Positions 1 through 12,000 of a DNA stretch of 64,000 bases are shown here, one piece after another (position 1 is the stretch's first letter; each line of letters opens with the position of its first letter). Below the pieces are notes generated by a model that saw nothing but the letters and a program-made list of their open reading frames with translations, did no database searches and had not been told where the DNA came from. Origin of the DNA: Balanoglossus misakiensis. Its lineage: Eukaryota > Animalia > Hemichordata. Where the stretch lies: positions 5,944,699 to 6,008,698 of the forward strand of contig CM082581.2 in NCBI GenBank assembly GCA_040954595.2, read 5' to 3'. The position numbers and the translations under genes are program-made.

Positions 1-2820
1 GAGGCAATTTTTATATACTATTGACCTTAAGTGTCCTGGGACTGAAGAATTATTTTAGGTTTCTGGTAAAATAATTTGCTTTTTTTGCAACAACAAGAAT
101 TGTTGAACCGCTTGAAGATTTGACTACACATATATGTTTGCTAGGCTGTTGGCAACATTCATGCACAGAGCAATCTTTCATGCACGATCAGTTATGTCAG
201 CGCAAGGCCATTTCACTCGCGAAATGCGTCTTAAACTCTGAAATGAGAGTTTTTCCACACTTGTACACACAGGTGATTAAGCACACAAGATAATTCTTCA
301 GGAAATAACGACTAAACACTTCTATCACGGACTGAACGGAACCATTGTTTGTGAACTTATTTAAATAAAAAGTCTGGCTTTGCATGTAATAATGCGAAGC
401 TTGAAAATATATAAAAAATGTACTTTTTCCCTTGAAAATGTTAAATAGGAGCAACAGATTATACATGAGATAATGTGTGAGTTTATTTGACCGTCCTTGA
501 AGAAGATTGATGTGAATTACACTCCACAGGCCCCGCGGTTGATATCATCGTGTGTAATTCTGTCAAATTCAGGTTTATTAGGAAGCTATAAAACAAAGCA
601 GACATCAAAGTAATGTGTGCAATGGCCAGAACGCTCAATCTTGGCTTTTATGAGCCAACTCAATTGCTTGTTGTGTTATCTGATCTGATGTGATTTTTAG
701 CTAGGCAATGGTTGATGCATTGCCCAGCTATGGGGGAGGTCTGATAATCTTCAAGTATCTAGGAAACCATGCGCCAATAATTCCTGCTTTGATTGGTAAT
801 ATACTTAGACTCACATTCATGTGTGTAATGATATAACTTGTTGCTATGGTGACACAATGTGAATGCAATGTGAATCAGCCATATTTCTGTAAAAATTAAT
901 GGAAATTTGTTTTCTTTCATTCTTTGTAATAATGTTCATATAATACATCAATGTAATAACAAAGAAGATTGTATGTCAGACTCAACAGGTTTTTAGAATT
1001 TTGCAATTTTTTTTGTAAATGGCCCATTACTGGTAATTAGTTTTCCATGAAACATTCCGACAAGTTTCAGATTTCTGAAGAAATTCAACTGTGTTTATTG
1101 GTTGGTCTTTGCAGAAATGGACTTTTTTTAACTTGGGCATTTAGGGGGTTTGATTGCTGTTGCTGTTTATGTGCGTCTGTCTGGTTGCAAGTGTGGTAGA
1201 GGTTTTTTTTTCCAGTACAACTTTTAACAGAAAAGATATCAAAGATATGAGAAGTCAAGCTTGGTGTACAGTAGTTCTCTCTCACCAAACTGAATGTAAA
1301 AGTCGAATTTAATGCCAGCAGGATGTGTTTGTATTGACCCGGTAAATAAATAGATGATGGGTGATTACAATTTGTCTGCATGAACTGAACAAACATGTGA
1401 AACAGATCATAACACTTACACATGTACAATGCAAGTATAATAAAAATTTGATATCACAGTTTAAAAGGTTGCATAAGAAAAGTGAAAGCTCGGTTATTGT
1501 TATAATCCCAGAGGTGAAATTAGTTTTTGAACTTACTCAAATGAACCAAAATCAACTTATTCCTTATTAACAATGCACAGTTTATATGAACCTTCACCAA
1601 CCTGATGAGGCTTTCCTATATCTGAACCCATAAAAAGTCCAAAATCAAGTTCTGCCATTTTTCAAATACCCCTTTTCTGATTGCAAACATTGAAATCATA
1701 GCAACAAAAGGCTGTCTTGCTACCAAGTCATGAGATTAAATTACAGGAAATAAAATAAAAGGTAAAGTAAACACGCCGATTATTAAATTTTTGTAAATTT
1801 CTGCGGCAAACATTGTAAAATACAGATGTTATAGGCAGGCTTGGTTGCAATGAGGGGACAGGTGCTCTTTGTGTGCACATGGCTTTGAAGGTTGGATCTT
1901 CAGGAACTTGGCAACAGCCAAGTTGACTATGTGAAGTTGTTACCGCTTTGCTGACTGGCAATTCCATGTTTATTTAGAATGGTTACCCTGGGAAGATCAG
2001 TCGTCGTGGAAACTTGGGTGCGTGTCTCTCGTCTGAGATCTATGAACCAGATCATCTAGTTTAACCCTGCATGCATTTATTTTAAGACACATTTTTTTTC
2101 AATTTGAAAAAAAAAGAACTCACAGTGACATCACTGGCATCAAATTGATGATTTTCTGCTCATTGCAAGATCTCATGAGACTTGGTTATTATAATTACAC
2201 TGAGCTGCAGCCGGTTACTGTCAAGCTCTGTATGAAAGTAGAATGTGCGTAGATTTTAAGAAACATTATAACTTGGACAATTTAACATGATATGTTGTTT
2301 GTCCTGTGTTGCATGGCATTATGTCTGCCCATGTAATGATGTACGTAGCCATGTGAGATCTTTATACAGAGTCTCATCGAGTTTGGAAATTGGTCTATTG
2401 AAATAGATCACAGAATGAGATCCCGTATTTGATTTGGGTTTAATCTGGACAGTCAGCTTATTTCTGGCTGGATAGCTTTCTTCAAAATTTGAGCAGATTA
2501 CCCTGCTCCTGATTTTCTTTTCTGATTTATGGGACACTAATGTGCCAGTAAAGGGGTCAACAACCTTTTGATCATTGTACGTACTCTTCTAGTGTGGCCT
2601 TTAGGGCAACATTAAAGCGCTGACAATGTTTGACTATCAGAGAATATCAATTAATGTAAATGTTACATGAAGAAAATATGGAGAAAGTCATGAAGTTATT
2701 GCATTTTGTGAAAGAAGATGACATTTGGTCTTTAACATTAAAATGATTAATATCTACTTACAGGTTATGATGAATAGGTTAGAGATAGGATGGAAAATTA
2801 CATGAAAATGGGAGTCAGAT

Positions 2821-2917
2821 CAATCTGATTAAAATCAGATGTAGAGAAAGGCACCGTCTTTTTCTTTACTTTATCACCAAAGGTAAAGACAGTACCTACC
2901 TAATTGTAATCAGATTG
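2821..2917. mobile_element. MITE family A (CAATCTGATT...AATCAGATTG termini, 9-bp TSD), copy 1
   Basis: Flanked by a perfect direct repeat GAGTCAGAT (2812-2820 and 2918-2926). The left TIR is identical to the copy at 8372. Confidence 0.75.
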
Positions 2918-3200
2918 GAGTCAGATTAGACAGTGCCGATCGAACCACAGTGCTAAATATAGGCTTGTACAGAACTGATAGAATCAATTGACAAAAAAAT
3001 GAAATTATCTACTTTAAAGTTACCTGGACACACGCTGGGTTTTAATCACTGTCAGCCAGACATATCATGTGGTGAAAATGACAAAAGTTATGCAATCAAT
3101 GTTGGAACATGTAGTATACACCATGATGACTGTTGACTGTCAGTAAACAGTAGCTGATATGAGACCAGAGCAAATGTTGAAACAATTTGATCATACGATA

Positions 3201-3413
3201 TACTGTAAAACGGGTTATTTTTGCGACAGGAAATTTTCGCGATATCATAAAAGGCAACTGTTAGGCGAGGAATAATTTTCGCGTTTTCTTATTTCATTTA
3301 CTGCATTGTATCTCCTCAAAACATTTTACACGACTTTTTATTTTCACGTTTTATTTACTCTCGCGTATTTCGCGAAAAAATGTTGCTCACGTAAAATAAC
3401 CCGTTTTACAGTA
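3201..3413. mobile_element. MITE family B (TA-flanked, CTGTAAAACGGG TIR), copy 1
   Basis: TACTGTAAAACGGGTTATTTT ... AAAATAACCCGTTTTACAGTA terminal inverted repeats with TA flanks (Tc1/mariner-type target). Confidence 0.85.
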
Positions 3414-3508
3414 TACATGGATCACAAAGCTTCCAAGGTTAAAATGGATGTTGGTTACTGTAATATGTATAGGAAAGAGGAGTTCAGAAATGCACAGTAC
3501 ACCATTAA

Positions 3509-3726
3509 TACTGTAAAACGGGAAATTTTCTTGAGAGATAAATTTTCGCAAACTACACGAGAGCCAACAAAAGGTGAAAATAAAATGTCACATAAAAAGA
3601 TTTTCAGAGATAATGATTCAGTGGAATATGAGAATGTGTAAGTTTATCGTTGCTTATTAACAGTTGCCACTTTTGCATTTGCGAAATTTTCATGTTCAAC
3701 TTGAGAGAATTTCCCGTTTTACAGTG
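3509..3726. mobile_element. MITE family B, copy 2
   Basis: TACTGTAAAACGGGAAATT ... AATTTCCCGTTTTACAGT. The interior resembles the copy at 7914. Confidence 0.8.
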
Positions 3727-6700
3727 TTACATAATGTGACTTTTTCAATCAGTGACAGTGGCTGTAACTGTTAGAGTGTTTTTTTTTCCGTCTGTACACT
3801 ATTCGTTTTCGCTTTCTTCTCTCCGAGACAAGTTAAGATGCCCATTGGCTTGTACGTTGTAAATGCAACCTGTTTGACCAGCACTTACTGTTCTGCGCAC
3901 TTGATTTCAAGTCTGGAATTGAATTGAATTAGCGACAATGAAATCAATAAAAAGCTGAGTGCACATCGACAGAGTACTGACAGCCCCTCAGCACTTCAAG
4001 GTATCTGTGCAGGGATTGAAACAAGGTTCAGTCAATACATGGAACAAACGCAGTTGTCAAGAAACTGTCAAAAGGTGTCACACTGCTTCTATTTCACTCA
4101 AGGTCAGCTGGAACACAGATTGTCCAGCGATCATTATCAGTAATAAGATAAAACATCATTCAGGGTTCATACTTGACTCCCTTTTATTTAAGGCCCTGGA
4201 AATATTATTAGTAAAATTTGCTCCTGGAAACCGTTGGAAAATTAAATCTAGCCACTTATGCTTTTATAAAATGCCTGCAATGATTGTAAAAAAATGACAA
4301 AAATAACTGCACAGTCAGTTCAGTAATTGCGTTATCCTGAAATATCACTGGAAAGAACTGTGAGGTCCTGAATTTTGAATGACTTTGAGCATATGCACCG
4401 TAAAAGATACATAGGAAATGACATATGACAATTCTCATTAGGGTAATGTTATGTTCACGACACAAAAAAAAACTTGAGAATATTGAGAAAGAAAACTGAT
4501 TCAGTAATGAAGGGAAAAGCAATACTTTGGGGGCGAAAATATATATAGCTTTGGCAGATGCAGCCAGCAGTTTCAAACTACAAACTATATATGAGAAAAG
4601 TAGCACACTTAATAGTAGTAATAAATATTGGCCTTGAACTCTGAACCTCACAATGGAGGAATTTATTTACTGGGTCACTGTGACCATAAAGTGTTAAAGG
4701 TGTAAGTAGCATAAATGGACATCAAAGGTTTAGTGTCTGTCAAATTTTAACAAATGACCTATTTGAGTTATCAGCCGTGTCAAGTTGTTAAACTTTGACT
4801 TGCCCTGTCCTAGAAGTGTGTGAAATGTAAAGGGCCGATGATCGTCTTACGCGCATGTGCATAATTTTGTGTGTACAAACATTACGTCCAATTCAAATGT
4901 TCTGCAAATTTTGCCAGAATATCATGGGTCACCATCATCTTGTCTGTTGTAAGGACAGCACGTACTACTTTATGGCATTGACTGCATACAATTTTTGTAA
5001 CCAGAGTCTCTGGTTTGGCACATGTGCATAAGACAATCGTGGCCCTTTAACTGCTTCAGCTGAAAAGTTGAGTAGGGTATTGTCTGTGTGCAAAGCGATT
5101 TTGGAAGAACTGTTTTATCTGATTGCATCATCACCCATTTAATTAAATTTGGCCCAATGGTGACAGCCCTGTCAGTAACAGTTGTTACAGACAATATATG
5201 CACTGTGTTATTGTGCAACATTATAATGTGCATCATTTTGACTTGAACCTGCCACTCCCAAGTACCAATGGGGACCATGTCATCAATGATGACTGCCCCT
5301 CCCTTGTGTCAGCGTGGCATGTGGGGGTGTATGTACATGGTAACAGTTCTATTTGTGGTAGTTCTACTGTTGTAAATGTTGTTAATACAGCCCCTTCTGT
5401 TATCTGGCAATTACAGTGCCTTCATGATGAGTGAAAACAAGACTTTGCAATCACTATCTCATAGATAACACTGTTGTTAAGGAATAAATACGCATTCTGA
5501 CCTTTTGCATTCTTTTTTTCTGGGACGGGTTCACTGATCTGAGGAACTTGGGGGGAAATGACACATTATTGTCAGAGGTGCATGCATGACTAAACCTCTC
5601 ATGCAGAAATCAATGGAACACACTTGGAAGTCTGTAAACATCTTGACATATAACAGTTAGAGACTGGCTCTGTGTTCATTCTAGGGGTTTGCGTGCGAAT
5701 GGCAATTGGCTAGCAACTGTTAATCACAGGCTGGTGCCAAGTAGATAATTACTGTGGTCAAACCATGGTGCAGGTACATACATATATCTACCCATTGTGC
5801 AGTTGTATTCCTCGCAGACTTAAGGAGCCTTTTATTGCTTCAGTTCAACATTCCGTGCATGTATCGTACCTGTAAAGTTTAAAGCAACACCCAACCGCGG
5901 GAGAGTTTCCACAGAGCGAGGGATATCATTAATGATTTTACCATCATCCAGTTCAGCTTTACCGATAACAAACTGTTCAACTTGGACGAGGAAAATTTTC
6001 TGAGTGATTTCATCGCGGTTCTGGTTATCTTTTTAAGAAACAACACAGGTAAGTTTCTGAAAAGTAGACAGTCAGGTTGATTTCGTTGTCGTCGGTTACG
6101 GTTGACAGGTCAGAGCAAATCAGGTGCTATGTTTGATTTAGCAGCATGTGTCGATTGGTCAAAAACAGCACTTTTTTTGCTTTTTAGTATAAGTGAAGTT
6201 ATTGATATCACCATGGAAACAAGTTGTTTCAAATTTCGGAAAAGTATTCATATTAAATAGAGAAAAAAAGTTTTTGAAATCTTTTGGGGAAGTCAAGTAG
6301 ATAGGGTTGACTGAAGGGCAATTAACTGCAGGCATGTCAGGTCATGTATGAAATTAAGCCAATATTTTAGATAGTGAAACAAAAGAACGGTTGAATTGAA
6401 CAAACTTACAAATGAGGTCAAAAGACCCATGCAGAGATGACAGCGAGTGGGATACAAAACTCACAAGGTCTTCTGTCAAAGTAAAGTACAGGATTCTGTA
6501 TTGTGATATTTTATTTCAGTCAAGTACTTAGTGTAAAACTTGTAAGGAGAGAGATGAAGGGTTGATTTGAAACTGACCACCAAGATGGGACTGCATGACT
6601 CACATGTAGTAGTACGTGTGTTTAATAGTATACTGCAGATGAATTTGACACTTGACTGATATGTCAGTTTTAGTGTGTTATCAAGACCCAGGGCCACCTC

Positions 6701-7913
6701 TGGAGTACAATGTCCAGCCAGTCCCTGTATTAATCTATAATCCACAACCAAAACTAAGTTGAGATCAGAAACCCTAGGGGAGTGGTCCCAGATTTACCCA
6801 AAGATAAGAAATCACTTGATTAGTTGTTTAATCTAACTTTAATATCAACCCAGCAGTCAGCTTTTATGCTAAAGTTTAATGTCTTGCTATAGCTGTGCAC
6901 TAAACAAATGCATCAATATATATTGCATTGTAGAAGTTAACTTTTTTGTTGATATAACGGTCTGTCAATATTGACTTAAGATTGTTATCTTCACTCGGGC
7001 TTTGTTGTGACATTGAAATGCTGATCTCTATAGTTATCCTAGTATTAAAGGTATTAGGTAGACTGTGACCTTAAAACTAAATGAAATCCACCAGTTCCTT
7101 GGCAGTAAAGCCTGAGTGAGTGAGTTAATGGTACCTATCGATTTTGTAAAATAAGTGATCAGTATTTTTTGCAAGAAATACATGTAACTTTAATTGGGTT
7201 TATTGTAAACATGTGGTATTTGCTGAACAACACACGTTTGTTTAATTGAAAATATAAAATAAACTCCACTTTATTGACAAATTCGTTCCATCATAATTTT
7301 TGGCCTGGCCTTTCTTTCTTTTGGTTTGACAACTTTAATTTTTGGGTCTTGCATCAAAATAAAAAATATTTGTGACCAAACGTGCCTAACTTCTTAGCCA
7401 TATTATGGTGTATGTTGTAATATTTGGCAGGCATTCTGTACTTTTCAGGGTCATTGTACGCCAGCAAGATCTCTGTTTTGTAAGTTCAAATGTGCTTCTT
7501 TGCATGATGTTTGTAGTACAACATTAGTCTGATGAAAAATGTTCATGTTTCAACAAATTCTGTTTACGTTCCCCTTTTGCCCCCAGCTCAACCTTGCCAA
7601 GAGGGTTACATTAAAGAAACAAAATAGAAAAGACACCCTAAGGGCTGTGAAATTTTACAGTGGCTTTCAATTTGTGTCTGTCATTATTGCTCATCATCCA
7701 TGCCTGAAATGATTCCTAGTGACAGTGTAAATTGCCCGATACCCTGATTGGCAATTTGCTAAAAGGCACTCCTGTTGGTTCTGAACATTTCATTTCCCGT
7801 CACTTGTTCGCAGAATACGTCTTAAGACATGTGTTGTCTCACTGTTGCCTTGGTAAAACTCAAAGATGTATGAAAAATCAACACAAACATAAGTTTTTTT
7901 TACGTGTTTCATC

Positions 7914-8110
7914 TACTGTAAAACGGGTTATTTTCGCGAGCAATAAATTTTTGCTAAATACGCGAGAACCCAAAACATATGAAAATAAAAAGTCTCGTAA
8001 AACGTTTTTCGGATATAACGATGCAGTTAGTGAAATAAGAGAACGCGAAAATTAAGCCTCTCATAACAGTTGCCTCTGCTGATGTTGCGAAAATAACCCG
8101 TTTTACAGTA
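7914..8110. mobile_element. MITE family B, copy 3
   Basis: TACTGTAAAACGGGTTATTTTCGC ... GCGAAAATAACCCGTTTTACAGTA, 24-bp perfect inverted ends. Confidence 0.88.
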
Positions 8111-8371
8111 TATTGTTACTTAGAATCTGACCCATTCATTTTAGTAATGCGGCTTCAGATATGATTATCGCCACATGAAAAAAATATAACCGTTCGGATT
8201 AATATTCATGACAAGCAAATTTTCAAATGTCTACTTTGCAGATTAATTTTCTGCAGAATCAGTAATTTCAGTTGTGATGTCATATCTGACATTTAAGGAC
8301 TTTCAAAAAAATCATCTCAATCTCATTAGAATCAGATGAAGCGGTGTTGTTTGGTCTTCTAACCCTTACAT

Positions 8372-8503
8372 CAATCTGATTAAAATCAGATGTAGGGTAC
8401 GGTGACTTCTTTTATTAAGTGGTGCGGTAGTGTGAGGCTACAACATACGAAAACCGCACAGCATAAGTAAAAGATCTAGTGACATCTGATTTTAATCGGA
8501 TTG
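8372..8503. mobile_element. MITE family A, copy 2
   Basis: TIRs CAATCTGATTAAAATCAGATGT ... ACATCTGATTTTAATCGGATTG; 9-bp TSD CCCTTACAT / CCCTAACAT (one mismatch). Confidence 0.8.
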
Positions 8504-8909
8504 CCCTAACATGTAAGGATTGCACCATGAGAACTCTTGCCACAGGAACATCATCTGGGATGGCATCAGCAGGGGGTTTTCCCTCCTTGCCAGAATATTT
8601 GGGGGGGGGGGGTTCAGTCTGACAATTCCACGTACTGGGGGGGGGACTGTAATATTTTATCAATTATTTGTGTGTATTACCATGACTGACACCATTTCCA
8701 GGGACATGCTGTTGTCTGAATTTCAAGATCAAGAAAGTCTTAGGTAGAGTGCCTCACCGCTTACTTCATCCAGATTCTTTTGTTTTTATACTTTCTGCTG
8801 TGTTTGAAAAGCCTTTGTGGAGTTAGAAATACGAGGCAAGTCAATGATGTGAGAGTAAAAACTCGCCCAAAATGAATAAATGGTAGAGACTGATTATTCA
8901 TTTTGGCAA

Positions 8910-9062
8910 GTTTTTTTCACTCTCGTGTCTACAAACAGGATGGAAGATGTGCGTGGTTGAACATTGATTCACTATATATACACATATACATAAACATAAA
9001 CGGTGTCTTGTATCAAACATAATTAATGGAAGAGAGAGAGAGAGACTTTGTCCCTTTAATGG
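8910..9062 (+). repeat. Dispersed repeat fragment, copy 1
   Basis: Shares GTGGTTGAACATT..ATTCACTA..ATATACACAT..GTGTCTTG..ATCAAACAT..ATTAATGGAA..AGAGAGACTTTGTCCCTT with 20028-20176. Confidence 0.8.
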
Positions 9063-12000
9063 GAAGTAGAACATAAATAATGAAAATTCTTACAGTATTA
9101 TCCTTGTGGCCTATGCACAGAAATGTTTTCCTATTATTTTTTAGCATGTGTTGTATATTATGTGACCAACACATAGGCCAATAGGAGGTTGCAAGAGACT
9201 GTTATTGTCTGCAAATGTCAGTTGATACCTTTGTTTTCATTCGCTGGCAGTGAACTGACCTAATTTAATAGTCGTACATCATGCGATGGTTTGCATCAGA
9301 ATTCATCAAAATTGTAGACTTTCATTTTTCTTCAAAGTTTCATTCATTTTTGGTATTTTTTCATCACTGGCAGTGTAATATTTCTTGTGAAGTATGCATT
9401 GTTCATTTGAATCTATGTGAAAGGCAGATTTCTTTTTTAAAGGAAAATTTTGCACTGAGACCAATGAAAAAAAATCAAGTGACCCACAGAAGTGCATGTG
9501 TGTTGTATAAAATGCTAGCTATCCACTTTGACTCACTTTTAAACGGTCAGAGGATTCTTGCAGAATGTCAAGGCCTCATCTTTTAACACATGGTAATGAA
9601 ATCAACTGCATAAAGGTTTTTGCGTGTCATTATTGGGAGATGTGTCATCATTGCCAAGATCATGGTATATATATGCATGCTTGCTTCTCTACAAATAAAC
9701 TTCCGACAGGAGATCACTTTACCAGGGGTCTAGATCTCCCCCCTCTCTTGGAGTTCATGTCAGGACGCACATCGTCCAATTGGCAGTATTGGGGGATGCG
9801 TATAAACACACGTCAGAGGTCACACTGTCATAATCAGTGGTGTAGCTCGAGTGGCGGCCAATCAGGGCAGGCCCCAAAGTTTACAGATGTCTGCCAGGAT
9901 GTCTTGCAGAGTATAGGAACACTGAGGAAACAGGCCTTGATAACACAGAGTATTAAGCCAGTATGGAGCGATCCTGAGAAGTTGATCAACACAGATGGCG
10001 GAGGAGTAGAGGTCGTTTATAACCACCGTCGGCAGGCAGGCAACCCGGGCAGTTATGGATTCCAGAGTTGGCGCAAACTTCCACGGATTGACATTCTGCA
10101 TCTACATCTGTCCCAAATTCTACCTGACCAGTTTTAATTCCTTAGTCACCGGCACCAGATGGGGACGAGGCGCCGGTTTGGCCGAGCGGACCAGATTCTG
10201 TTACCAAGTGGTGGCCGGGTATCCCAAACTGGTGGGTATGATGCACATATACACTTGCATGTACGGTGCATGTAACTGAAACCCAGACAGCTGGCGAATC
10301 CATTAAAACTCCACGACGATGACTACTAGTTTACCCTTGACAGTGGCACGCACATACAAGTTGTGTTTCAAGGTTGAAATCTACAGGACTTCATACTTCA
10401 GAGATTATACCCACTGAAAAAAAAGTCGTTGCTACTGGGATTGTTAAATTCATGTTTATTTTCATGTCGGATTTATCATTGTTTAATCCAACTGAGAGCA
10501 ACCCGCAGAGATTGAGATGTACTCCCAAGTTTGTGTACAATAAGCAAGTTCGTCAGCTCCAGGAAATTTAGAACTTTCTGTGTGGTTGGTCCATCACTCC
10601 ATGTGTTTTCTGTCAACAGTGCAAGATCACGGCCAGTGTGAAAGTAGAATAATGATGTTTTAAATATTAGGCTGCTGTTAGCACGCATATAAGTCAGTGC
10701 TGAAGTTTTTTTATATCTGGTGATGCAATTTGAACACGCTATATATTAAAACGGTGCCACACCAATTTAATCAGCCTCCATACAAACAGTATGTATCTAT
10801 CGTGGTATGCGTCGCCAAGAGATGACAAACTGATGCAAATGCAAGTAATACTAGTATGGCTTAATGGTGAGGATTTCAGAGGATAGGGAATGTATTTGAA
10901 GTATTTTACTGTGGAAAAAGTATGTGAAATTTGGGCAGCTATAGAAGGTTTTAACCAACTAAACCAACTTGATTCTCGGTAATCTGACACAAAACAGTGG
11001 CACTCAGATGCATGATTGAATTTTCAAGGCACAAGGCATTGATCGATCCACAAGGACAGACTGATGTACAACATACGATAGACTTGTGGGAGGTGGACAA
11101 TGAAACGAAGCATCCCTTGTACAAGCGACTGTATGCTCCAAGCCTTGAAATCCATCTCTGAGTCCAAAAACATTGCCTATAAAGCCGACAAATGATCCAG
11201 AATTCATTCACCCTGGAACGCAGTGTATTTGTTACATTGCAACCTGATCCGACCTTCATTTTTTTGAGGTTGAAAGTTCTTTTTCTTTTTTAACTTCGAC
11301 CAACAAAGACTCGGAGGAGCCCTTTGTACAATTCCATACATAGCTTCGTAAGTCTGTGTCTGATCCTTTTAAAAACAACATCAGACATTCAGTGCTGGCT
11401 ACGTGGTATCATACATGCACACAATCAGCTGCGACTTTTAGCGTAATCATGAAAACAGTCGTCTGCAGTATATGGCAGAGCTTATAAATGTCAGACTGTT
11501 TGGGTCGTCTGCACTTTGTCTTTTTTAAGGATGAACAGTCGGTGAAGTTTAAAGTAACGTTACTTTGTTTACTTGCAGATTTGTAGATTATTTTTGGATT
11601 ATCCTTTGAGGTGCAAGTGTTATCAGAACCGGCATTAAACATCAGGGTCACTGAAGCCCTTGTGAATTTAGCTTGGAACTGTCATTTAAAAACAATTAAG
11701 CCGACTATTAAAGGCTCACTGGCTTCAACTGACCGAAATTTGTGAACCTCAAATATCTTCCAAATTTGTGGAAGAATGAGTATTATTAAAAAGAAAACAC
11801 TTCACCATACTTGATTTTTTTGGTAAATCTCTTTTGATATTTTCACCATGTGCAGGAAAACATTCCAAGTGCGAGAAAAGTGCTGACTCAGCATTTTCCA
11901 CAATATTTTAGACCCCGTAACTGAAAAAGTAGTTTCCTCTTTATTTCTGTATTTAAAATTCATTGATATATGTCATATATATATAAATCAGGAAAATGGC

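Noticed and set aside
3306-8055. Similar short ORFs 3306-3641 and 7732-8055 (TVKR..F...KF....REP...ENK)
   Set aside because: The similarity comes from copies of the same non-coding MITE family B.
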